Virus record (IMG/VR): IMGVR_UViG_3300017747_004610
DNA from: an uncultured virus (IMG/VR IMGVR_UViG_3300017747_004610)
Taxonomy: Duplodnaviria; Heunggongvirae; Uroviricota; Caudoviricetes
Length of the DNA: 64,000 nucleotides
Reading direction: 5' to 3' (one strand)
Of this stretch, positions 49,215 through 57,181 are shown in pieces. The translations under genes and the position numbers were made by a program. The notes beneath the pieces were generated by a model. That model saw only the letters and a program-made list of their open reading frames with translations. It was not told the DNA's origin and did no database searches. Position 1 is the first letter of the stretch. The number at the start of each line of letters is the position of its first letter.

Positions 49215-49940
49215 TTATTTCCTATTTATTATGGTAATACCACTTGATGATGGTTTATCCATTAATATACGGAAATTATGTAACTTTATCAAGTTCCACT
49301 CGGGACTTTGTTCCAACTCTTTAACTAACCTTGAAGGTCCGTCAAACGGATGATAATCTTTTTTTGCCTCTTCAGAAACAATCAGAGTTTTCTCATAATT
49401 CTCATCTGTATCATGTAAAACTATAACACCTTTTTCACTCAAAAGTTTCGAGTACAAATCGAAATCTTTCTTAACCCCTTCATACGAGTGGTCTCCATCA
49501 ATAAATAAAAAATCAATTTTAATATCTTGTCGAACAAAAAAATTATAATATGCATCTTCAGAAGTTGATTTAATTAATCTAGGATGAAAATTTTTTCTAA
49601 AAAAAGAATCTTCATCATCAACATCGGTTGGGCCACCAACACCGTTACAAGCGTCAACCAAATAGGTAACGCCAATATTCCCCCAATTATAATCAGGGTT
49701 ACCTTCAAATATTTTTTGATTGTGTAAATCAACTCTTGCTTGAGTCATTATTCTTGGTATGAATCCTCCACCCGAACCAATACAAACACACACTTTAGCC
49801 CTAATCTGTTGTATTAAAGAATATACTACCATCCCATCTCCCATGTGTAAATCAGTCGCACCGTGAGTCCACAGATATGGCACCAACTCCCCATCATTAG
49901 TAGTTATAAATTTTTCTATAAAGTCTCGATTGGTAATCAT
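49215..49940 (-). CDS. Class I SAM methyltransferase (Methyltransf_24-like)
   Basis: CIGSGGG, IDFLFIDGDHSYEGVKKD, GVIVLHD. Confidence 0.85.
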   Translation of the reverse strand: MITNRDFIEKFITTNDGELVPYLWTHGATDLHMGDGMVVYSLIQQIRAKVCVCIGSGGGFIPRIMTQARVDLHNQKIFEGNPDYNWGNIGVTYLVDACNGVGGPTDVDDEDSFFRKNFHPRLIKSTSEDAYYNFFVRQDIKIDFLFIDGDHSYEGVKKDFDLYSKLLSEKGVIVLHDTDENYEKTLIVSEEAKKDYHPFDGPSRLVKELEQSPEWNLIKLHNFRILMDKPSSSGITIINRK

Positions 49941-49948
49941 TTAGTTGA

Positions 49949-50638
49949 TTAAGTTTTTTTCTTGTTTTTATACGTTTTTTTCTTTTCAACATTTTCAGGT
50001 AAATTTTTACCATATGCAAATGTTCCAATGTGATACACCTCATTACTTAGGTTCATATCAATTTTTACTTGATATCCTATTTTATTCAATTTTTTGAACA
50101 ATGTGAAATCCTCTCCACCCCAATCTTTAGTTTTTGGTTGATATGTATACTCGAAATATGGTCTACTCAAGTGTTTGAAAATTGATGTTTTCATTAAAAC
50201 ACATCCCATACCAATCGCTTCAACCGAAACTAGTTCATCATCAGGTTGAATAGGTATCCAACTTTCCCAATCATTAGTATCTAAGAACGCTACTGATTTG
50301 AAAGGGAATGACCGTTTCATATAATTACAAGCAACAATATCTTGATTATGGGCTAACAATCTTAATAATGTAGTTGGAGGAAACATCATATCACTGTCCA
50401 ACCAAAGTACCCATTCAGATTTTACGGCAATTGCCTGACTAATAAGGGTTTCTCTCTGATTAATTAGTATGGTTGATGCATCAAAAAAAAGGTGTACATC
50501 AATTCCCATCTGAGTGGTAGTTTTTACTAAATTTCCAAGTGAAAGTGAAAAATGAGAATACACAGTGTCTCTTGTTGGAACCAATATAGAAACCGATGTA
50601 GGTTTTCCTTCCCATATTGTATTTGTGTAAACACTCAT
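49949..50638 (-). CDS. GT-A fold glycosyltransferase (GT2-like)
   Basis: VPTRD, WVLWLDSDMMFP, GMGCVLM, GEDFTLF, HIG. Confidence 0.8.
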   Translation of the reverse strand: MSVYTNTIWEGKPTSVSILVPTRDTVYSHFSLSLGNLVKTTTQMGIDVHLFFDASTILINQRETLISQAIAVKSEWVLWLDSDMMFPPTTLLRLLAHNQDIVACNYMKRSFPFKSVAFLDTNDWESWIPIQPDDELVSVEAIGMGCVLMKTSIFKHLSRPYFEYTYQPKTKDWGGEDFTLFKKLNKIGYQVKIDMNLSNEVYHIGTFAYGKNLPENVEKKKTYKNKKKT

Positions 50639-51081
50639 TTCACACCAGAAATTTTAGAAGTATCCATTTCAGATTCGGTTACTGTCTCATTAATAGTTTT
50701 AATGAGTTCTTTTGTCCGTTTCATAACTAACTTAAAATCTACCACTGGTAAATTACTAATAATTGAAAAAGTTTCTTTGGAATATTTACCTTCTAAAAGT
50801 ATTTCAACTGCGGCTCTTCTTGAAAATTTTTCAACAGTTGCCCATCTACTATAGTCAGAATCATTATTCAGTAACTTTTGTAAATTTTCATTGTTTTGTT
50901 TTTTCAAGATATTTTCCATAATACTAATTTCTTCAATTGAATCATTAGTTTTTGGTGTGTGTTTTAATTGATTATATCTATCAATAAAGTTTATCAATTT
51001 TTCCTTATCATATTCAATCCCTGACCACACAATATGTTTTAATTCATACTCAGATAAAAAATTTTTGTAATCAAACTTCAT
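50635..51081 (-). CDS. Hypothetical protein
   Basis: 148-aa ORF coupled (ATGA) to the downstream GT. Confidence 0.7.
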   Translation of the reverse strand: MKFDYKNFLSEYELKHIVWSGIEYDKEKLINFIDRYNQLKHTPKTNDSIEEISIMENILKKQNNENLQKLLNNDSDYSRWATVEKFSRRAAVEILLEGKYSKETFSIISNLPVVDFKLVMKRTKELIKTINETVTESEMDTSKISGVK

Positions 51082-51163
51082 AATTATATTTTTATAAAAA
51101 TATACAAAATATAATTACTTTTCTGAAGATTAGTGGAGTTAATATAATAAAAATTTCAGATGA

Positions 51164-51592
51164 TTAAGGGCATCCACTCTGACCTGATACTATTACTATT
51201 GAACCACTAACAGTTTGTTGTGGAAGAGATGTGCCAGCAGCATTGTCCCAAGTCCAGTAACCTGAAGTTACTGGGTCGAAATATCTTTGATTAGTTAATA
51301 TTGGAGTAATAGTAGTATCATATAAAGGTTGTCCACCAGTACAACCATTTAGAGTATAATATAGAGTACCACTACAAGTATAATCTTCAGGAACAGTTAA
51401 ACCACCCATGTCAGCAGATAAACTTGTTTGAGCTCCGGCCGGAATTGCAGAAACCCCAAGAGCTTGAGGGGGTTGTCTAAGGGCTCCGAGTGTACCATTC
51501 AATGAAATATTCACAGTTGGGAGTGGGAAACCAAATGCGTCATAAACGCACGACATTGCAATTTCAGTTCCTGTGGCCGGAGTTAATCCCAT
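51164..51592 (-). CDS. Hypothetical putative virion protein
   Basis: Gly/Thr/Ser-rich composition; follows the fibre gene. Confidence 0.65.
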   Translation of the reverse strand: MGLTPATGTEIAMSCVYDAFGFPLPTVNISLNGTLGALRQPPQALGVSAIPAGAQTSLSADMGGLTVPEDYTCSGTLYYTLNGCTGGQPLYDTTITPILTNQRYFDPVTSGYWTWDNAAGTSLPQQTVSGSIVIVSGQSGCP

Positions 51593-51615
51593 TTTTTATA
51601 ACTATTTTTAATAGT

Positions 51616-51651
51616 AGTCCTTATCTGAAAATTATAACTCAGATAAGGACT
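51616..51651. terminator. 13-bp perfect inverted repeat after the fibre gene (terminator or RNA-stabilising hairpin)
   Basis: AGTCCTTATCTGA-N10-TCAGATAAGGACT; no clear U-tract on the - strand. Confidence 0.5.
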
Positions 51652-51659
51652 TAATTGTA

Positions 51660-54600
51660 TTATTTTTTTATTATATTTTTTAGTTCATCGATTTGAACTT
51701 GTTGTTCTTTAACACATTCTATTAAAAGTGCTACAATTCTATCATATTTAACCGCTAAATAACCGTTTTCTCTTCTTTTAACAATTTCAGGTAGTACTTT
51801 TTCAACTTCTTGTGCAATTACCCCAATATCGTGACCTTCATTTTCGTGTATTCCTTCCATAGGAATCCAATCATATTCATATCCACCAATTTGAGATATT
51901 TTTGTAATTGGATTAACAATTGGTGTAACATTTTCTTTTAATCTACTATCGGAACTGTAAAATGCAATAACATCGTTTGTCGCTCTAATTAAACCAGTAG
52001 TAGTTGGTGTTGCAGTTCCTACACCAAGTGCTCCGTTGATATATGCCGTTGTACCGTCAAATGTAAAGTTAACCTCTCCATTAATAGTCCCAGCAGTTCC
52101 TGTTGCGGTTAGAACATAATTGTTTGTATTATTGTTAATTGTTCCTAAACCTGAACTACCACTTGATCCTGATGTTCCACTAGATCCTGAGGTACCATTT
52201 GTCCCTGATGAACCACTAGATCCTGAAGTACCTGATGAACCACTTGACCCTGAAGTACCTGATGATCCACTAGATCCAGATGTACCACTAGATCCTGAGG
52301 TACCATTTGTCCCTGATGAACCACTAGATCCTGAAGTACCTGAAGAACCACTAGAACCTGAGGTACCTGATGAACCACTAGATCCTGATGTTCCACTAGA
52401 CCCTGAAGTTCCGTTTGTTCCTGAAGTTCCATTTGTACCTGATGAACCAGACGTTCCTGATGAACCAGACGTTCCACTAGACCCAGATGTTCCTGATGAA
52501 CCACTAGATCCTGATGTTCCACTAGACCCTGAAGTACCTGAAGTTCCGTCTGTTCCTGATGAACCACTTGTTCCAGATGAACCAGATGTTCCTGATGAAC
52601 CAGACGTTCCACTAGACCCAGATGTTCCTGATGAACCACTAGAACCTGATGTTCCACTAGACCCTGAAGTACCTGAAGTTCCATCTGTTCCAGATGAACC
52701 ACTTGTTCCAGATGAACCGCTTGACCCTGAAGTACCTGAAGAACCACTAGAACCTGAGGTACCTGATGAACCACTAGACCCAGAAGTACCACTAGATCCT
52801 GATGTACCATCTGTACCTGAGGAACCACTAGAACCAGATGTTCCACTAGAACCAGATGTTCCACTAGAACCAGATGTTCCACTAGAACCAGATGTTCCAC
52901 TAGAACCAGATGTTCCACTAGATCCGGAAGTTCCAGAAGTTCCATCTGTTCCTGAAGAACCTGACGTTCCTGATGAACCTGACGTTCCTGATGAACCTGA
53001 CGTTCCACTAGATCCTGAAGTTCCTGAAGTTCCACTTGTACCTGATGTTCCTGAAGTTCCACTTGTACCACTTGTACCTGAAGTTCCACTTGTACCACTA
53101 GTCCCTGAAGTACCACTAGTCCCTGAAGTACCACTTGTTCCGGAAGTTCCACTTGTACCACTTGTACCATCTGTACCACTTGTACCATCTGTACCACTTG
53201 TGCCATCTGTACCACTTGTTCCTGATGTACCACTTGTTCCTGATGTACCACTTGTTCCTGAAGTTCCACTTGTTCCTGAAGTTCCGCTTGTTCCACTAGT
53301 TCCAGATGTTCCACTAGTTCCAGATGTTCCATCAGTTCCACTTGTTCCTGAAGTTCCAGATGTTCCACTAGTTCCAGATGTTCCACTAGTTCCTGAGGTT
53401 CCACTAGTTCCTGAGGTTCCTGAGGTACCTGATGTTCCACTAGTTCCTGATGTTCCATCAGTTCCTGAAGTTCCACTTGTTCCTGATGTACCACTAGTCC
53501 CTGAGGTTCCTGATGTACCAGAAGTACCACTTGTCCCTGACGTACCGTCAGTTCCTGATGAACCTGAAGATCCAGACGTACCATTTACAATACCCAACGT
53601 GGTCTGTGCGTAGGAGTAATGTATTGAACCTTCAGTTGCTAAGGTAACTGTTCCTGTGACACTTCCTGTGTTTGTTGCTCGTACCTTAACAAGTATTTGG
53701 TCTGAAACTGTAATCGTATATCCAGTTTGGAATGCATCGGAAATTTCCATTATAAACGTCGGTGAATCCGATAGTATTGGTGTCGGGTCTGATGCGAATA
53801 AAAACGTTTCGGTACCTCCACTTGTTCTTTTATACACCTCACAGAATATGTCAAAAGATGTACTAACACTTGATTTATAACTATGTAAGAAGAATTGCCA
53901 TATTCCAGCAGGAATTGCAGTAACACCCGGAAAACCTGTATCTGTTAAAAATGACTGTATTGTATCTGTTCCACCAGATGCAATTGATGGCGACGTTATA
54001 GTTTGTTCACCTGTATCCGTTGGAATAATCGAAAACTCTTTATATGGCCCTGACGTAATTGACTCATTGAAATAGTATATTGCTCCTCCCGAGACTCCAT
54101 TTACTCCTGATGTTCCACTCGTACCTGATGTACCAGACGTTCCACTAGTCCCTGAAGTACCACTTGTTCCATCAGTTCCACTAGTCCCTGAAGTACCACT
54201 AGTTCCGGAAGTTCCGCTAGTACCCGATGTACCACTAGTCCCACTAGTTCCTGATGTTCCACTAGTCCCTGAAGTACCGCTTGTTCCATCAGTTCCTGAG
54301 GTTCCACTTGTTCCTGATGTACCACTAGTTCCTGAGGTTCCTGAGGTACCTGATGTTCCACTAGTTCCTGATGTTCCACTAGTCCCTGAAGTACCGCTTG
54401 TTCCATCAGTTCCTGATGTTCCACTAGTTCCTGATGTTCCACTAGTTCCTGATGTTCCACTAGTTCCTGATGTTCCACTAGTTCCTGATGTTCCACTAGT
54501 CCCTGAAGTGCCACTTGTTCCATCAGTACCACTAGTTCCTGATGTACCACTAGTTCCTGATGTTCCACTAGTTCCCGATGTACCGCTAGTACCACTAGTC

Positions 54601-56780
54601 CCAGATGTTCCATCAGTACCACTAGTTCCTGATGTACCACTAGTTCCTGATGTTCCACTAGTTCCCGATGTTCCACTAGTTCCAGATGTTCCACTAGTTC
54701 CAGATGTACCGCTTGTTCCATCAGTTCCACTTGTTCCTGATGTTCCGCTAGTACCTGAAGTTCCTGATGTACCATCAGTTCCACTAGTTCCTGATGTTCC
54801 GCTAGTACCTGAAGTACCACTAGTACCCGATGTTCCACTAGTACCTGAAGTACCACTTGTTCCTGAAGTGCCACTAGTTCCTGAAGTACCATCTGTCCCA
54901 CTTGTTCCTGAAGTTCCACTTGTACCTGATGTTCCTGAAGTTCCACTCGTACCTGATGTTCCAGACGTACCACTTGTGCCACTTGTTCCTGAAGTACCAC
55001 TTGTACCACTTGTTCCTGAAGTTCCACTTGTTCCTGATGTTCCACTTGTTCCTGAAGTTCCACTTGTACCACTTGTACCATCTGTACCACTTGTACCATC
55101 TGTACCACTTGTACCATCTGTACCACTTGTACCATCTGTACCACTTGTTCCTGAAGTCCCACTTGTTCCTGAAGTCCCACTTGTTCCTGAAGTCCCACTT
55201 GTTCCAGATGTACCACTTGTTCCAGATGTACCATCTGTACCACTAGTCCCTGAAGTACCACTTGTTCCTGATGTACCACTTGTTCCTGATGTACCACTTG
55301 TTCCTGAAGTTCCACTTGTTCCTGAAGTTCCGCTTGTTCCAGATGTACCATCTGTACCACTAGTTCCTGAAGTACCACTAGTCCCTGAAGTACCACTAGT
55401 CCCTGAAGTACCACTTGTTCCTGAAGTTCCACTTGTTCCTGAAGTTCCACTTGTTCCTGAAGTTCCACTTGTTCCAGATGTACCATCAGTTCCACTTGTC
55501 CCAGATGTACCCGAAGTACCACTTGTACCTGATGTTCCACTTGTACCTGACGTACCACTTGTCCCTGATGTACCACTCGTACCTGATGTTCCGCTTGTCC
55601 CATCCGTACCTGATGTGCCACTAGTACCTGATGTGCCACTAGTTCCTGATGTGCCACTTGTTCCAGAAGTACCTGATGTACCACTAGTGCCTGATGTTCC
55701 ACTAGTGCCTGATGTACCATCAGTTCCTGAAGTACCATTTGTTCCTGAGGTTCCATTCGTACCCGATGTTCCATCTGTACCACTAGACCCTGAAGTACCA
55801 CTAGATCCTGAGGTACCACTTGTTCCAGATGTTCCTGAAGTACCGCTAGTCCCTGATGTACCACTAGTACCATTTGTTCCTGAGGTTCCATCCGTACCCG
55901 ATGTTCCATCTGTGCCACTAGACCCTGAAGTACCACTAGATCCTGAAGTTCCGCTAGTACCTGAAGTTCCTGATGTCCCACTTGTTCCCGATGTTCCATC
56001 AGTTCCAGATGTTCCGTTAGTACCTGAGGTACCATTTGTTCCTGAAGTACCATTTGTTCCACTAGACCCTGAAGTACCACTAGATCCTGAAGTTCCGCTA
56101 GTACCTGAAGTTCCTGATGTCCCACTTGTTCCTGATGTTCCATCAGTTCCAGAAGTACCATTTGTACCAGCAGACCCTGAAGTACCAGATTGGCCTATAA
56201 TGTTAAAAATAAATTGTGTATTCGCAGGAATTGAACCCGCACCACCAGCAGCAACTTGAAATACTTCGTAATCTTCATAATTAGGATAAGTTGGTGAAAC
56301 TGCCGTAATTCTTAATAATTTGAAAAATGATGGATTGTCTACTCTAACTAATTTGATTGTAGTACCAACAGTTAATGTATTTAATAAACTCGAAAAATCT
56401 TGCGCAGGACTAAACGCAGTATCACTTATTGTAATTCCTGTTGTAGTCAATGAAAAATCGTCACCAGTATTTAGTGCAAAGTATCCTGTACCAGGATTTG
56501 ACATAACAGTAGACCCTGTAAACCTCCAAACGGCAATATTACCTTCTAATCCGGATGTTCCTGATGACCCACTTGAACCTGATGACCCACTTGACCCCGA
56601 AGACCCACTTGAACCTGACGTACCACTTGTACCCCCTGAAATGCTTGCAGTTAAGGATGAAAAAGCTATTTGACCTGAGGTTCCTGAGGTTCCTCCCGTA
56701 AAATTTGTAACAATATATAGTCTATCATTCGAGGTCGCGGCGGAGACTATAGGTAAATCAGTTATTCTAGTGTTTGACAT
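51660..56780 (-). CDS. Collagen-like (Gly-Thr-Ser)n fibre protein with C-terminal Peptidase_S74-like intramolecular chaperone
   Basis: MSNTRITDLP; two long G-X-Y tracts (GTS/GSS/GTD/GTN); C-terminal SSDSRLKEN...YEYDW...DIGVIAQEVEKVLPEIV...LAVKYDRIVALLIECVKEQ. Confidence 0.9.
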   Translation of the reverse strand: MSNTRITDLPIVSAATSNDRLYIVTNFTGGTSGTSGQIAFSSLTASISGGTSGTSGSSGSSGSSGSSGSSGSSGTSGLEGNIAVWRFTGSTVMSNPGTGYFALNTGDDFSLTTTGITISDTAFSPAQDFSSLLNTLTVGTTIKLVRVDNPSFFKLLRITAVSPTYPNYEDYEVFQVAAGGAGSIPANTQFIFNIIGQSGTSGSAGTNGTSGTDGTSGTSGTSGTSGTSGTSGSSGTSGSSGTNGTSGTNGTSGTNGTSGTDGTSGTSGTSGTSGTSGTSGSSGTSGSSGTDGTSGTDGTSGTNGTSGTSGTSGTSGTSGTSGTSGSSGTSGSSGTDGTSGTNGTSGTNGTSGTDGTSGTSGTSGTSGTSGTSGTSGTSGTSGTSGTSGTSGTDGTSGTSGTSGTSGTSGTSGTSGTSGTSGTSGTSGTSGTDGTSGTSGTSGTSGTSGTSGTSGTSGTSGTSGTSGTSGTSGTSGTDGTSGTSGTSGTSGTSGTSGTSGTSGTSGTSGTSGTSGTDGTSGTSGTSGTSGTSGTSGTSGTSGTSGTSGTDGTSGTDGTSGTDGTSGTDGTSGTSGTSGTSGTSGTSGTSGTSGTSGTSGTSGTSGTSGTSGTSGTSGTSGTSGTSGTSGTDGTSGTSGTSGTSGTSGTSGTSGTSGTSGTSGTSGTSGTDGTSGTSGTSGTSGTSGTDGTSGTSGTSGTSGTSGTSGTSGTSGTSGTSGTSGTDGTSGTSGTSGTSGTSGTSGTSGTSGTSGTDGTSGTSGTSGTSGTSGTSGTSGTSGTSGTSGTSGTSGTDGTSGTSGTSGTSGTSGTSGTSGTSGTSGTSGTSGTSGTDGTSGTSGTSGTSGTSGTSGTSGTSGTSGTSGTSGTSGTDGTSGTSGTSGTSGTSGTSGTSGVNGVSGGAIYYFNESITSGPYKEFSIIPTDTGEQTITSPSIASGGTDTIQSFLTDTGFPGVTAIPAGIWQFFLHSYKSSVSTSFDIFCEVYKRTSGGTETFLFASDPTPILSDSPTFIMEISDAFQTGYTITVSDQILVKVRATNTGSVTGTVTLATEGSIHYSYAQTTLGIVNGTSGSSGSSGTDGTSGTSGTSGTSGTSGTSGTSGTSGTSGTDGTSGTSGTSGTSGTSGTSGTSGTSGTSGTSGTSGTSGTSGTDGTSGTSGTSGTSGTSGTSGTSGTSGTSGTSGTSGTSGTSGTDGTSGTDGTSGTDGTSGTSGTSGTSGTSGTSGTSGTSGTSGTSGTSGTSGTSGTSGTSGTSGTSGSSGTSGSSGTSGSSGTSGSSGTDGTSGTSGSSGTSGSSGTSGSSGTSGSSGTSGSSGTSGSSGSSGTDGTSGSSGTSGSSGSSGTSGSSGSSGTSGSSGSSGTSGSSGTDGTSGTSGSSGTSGSSGSSGTSGSSGTSGSSGTSGSSGTSGSSGTDGTSGTSGSSGTSGSSGSSGTSGSSGTSGSSGTSGSSGTNGTSGTNGTSGSSGTSGSSGSSGTSGSSGSSGTSGSSGSSGTNGTSGSSGTSGSSGSSGTSGSSGSSGTSGSSGSSGTNGTSGSSGTSGSSGSSGLGTINNNTNNYVLTATGTAGTINGEVNFTFDGTTAYINGALGVGTATPTTTGLIRATNDVIAFYSSDSRLKENVTPIVNPITKISQIGGYEYDWIPMEGIHENEGHDIGVIAQEVEKVLPEIVKRRENGYLAVKYDRIVALLIECVKEQQVQIDELKNIIKK
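52150..53585 (-). repeat. 9-bp-period coding repeat, G-X-Y tract 2 (GTS shifting to GSS)
   Basis: Roughly 160 consecutive Gly-X-Y triplets; boundaries approximate. Confidence 0.9.
54095..56190 (-). repeat. 9-bp-period coding repeat, G-X-Y tract 1 (GTS punctuated by GTD/GTN)
   Basis: Roughly 230 consecutive Gly-X-Y triplets; boundaries approximate. Confidence 0.9.
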
Positions 56781-56784
56781 AACT

Positions 56785-56792
56785 TATAAATA
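56785..56792 (-). promoter_or_regulatory. TATTTATA motif, candidate late promoter
   Basis: 4 nt upstream of the fibre ATG at 56780. Confidence 0.45.
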
Positions 56793-56839
56793 TTTTTCTA
56801 TATTATTTTTTTCTCTATATATCATTTTATTTTTTCGGT

Positions 56840-57181
56840 CTATAGAGGAACGCCTCCCGATGACTGTACAACCAAATTGTTACCACTTTGAGTCATTATG
56901 ATAATTCCATTTTGAGTTATAATGAAATCTCCAAATACACAAGTCAATACCTTAAACACCTGACAATTGTTGGCATCGACCATTTTCAACAAAATTTCAG
57001 GTGCAGTTTGAAATATTGGTGGAATTACTGTGTTATATTCTATATTTGGAGGTACCGGACCAGAGTTTATTGTCCCCAAAAAAGTCTCATAGTTTCCGTA
57101 AACATCCGATATGAATACATTAATTGGGTATGTCCCTCCCGATATTTCCGTAACTACTACCTGATTACTCATGTTAAACAA
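56840..57181 (-). CDS. Hypothetical putative virion protein
   Basis: ISGGTYP...VDANNC resembles one SprB-like repeat; IITQNG-IIMTQSG tail. Confidence 0.65.
   Translation of the reverse strand: MFNMSNQVVVTEISGGTYPINVFISDVYGNYETFLGTINSGPVPPNIEYNTVIPPIFQTAPEILLKMVDANNCQVFKVLTCVFGDFIITQNGIIIMTQSGNNLVVQSSGGVPL

Noticed and set aside
15453..50638. Bacterial O-antigen/capsule locus or antibiotic biosynthetic cluster
   Set aside because: No recognisable flippase, polymerase, exporter, regulator or resistance gene; flanked by phage structural-type genes
52120..56259. Long + strand Pro/Val/Asp ORFs (497 and 583 aa) and alternate-frame - strand ORFs (479 and 686 aa)
   Set aside because: Shadow frames of the 9-bp GTS repeat, which lacks stops in several frames; only the 1706-aa frame has non-repetitive domains at both ends
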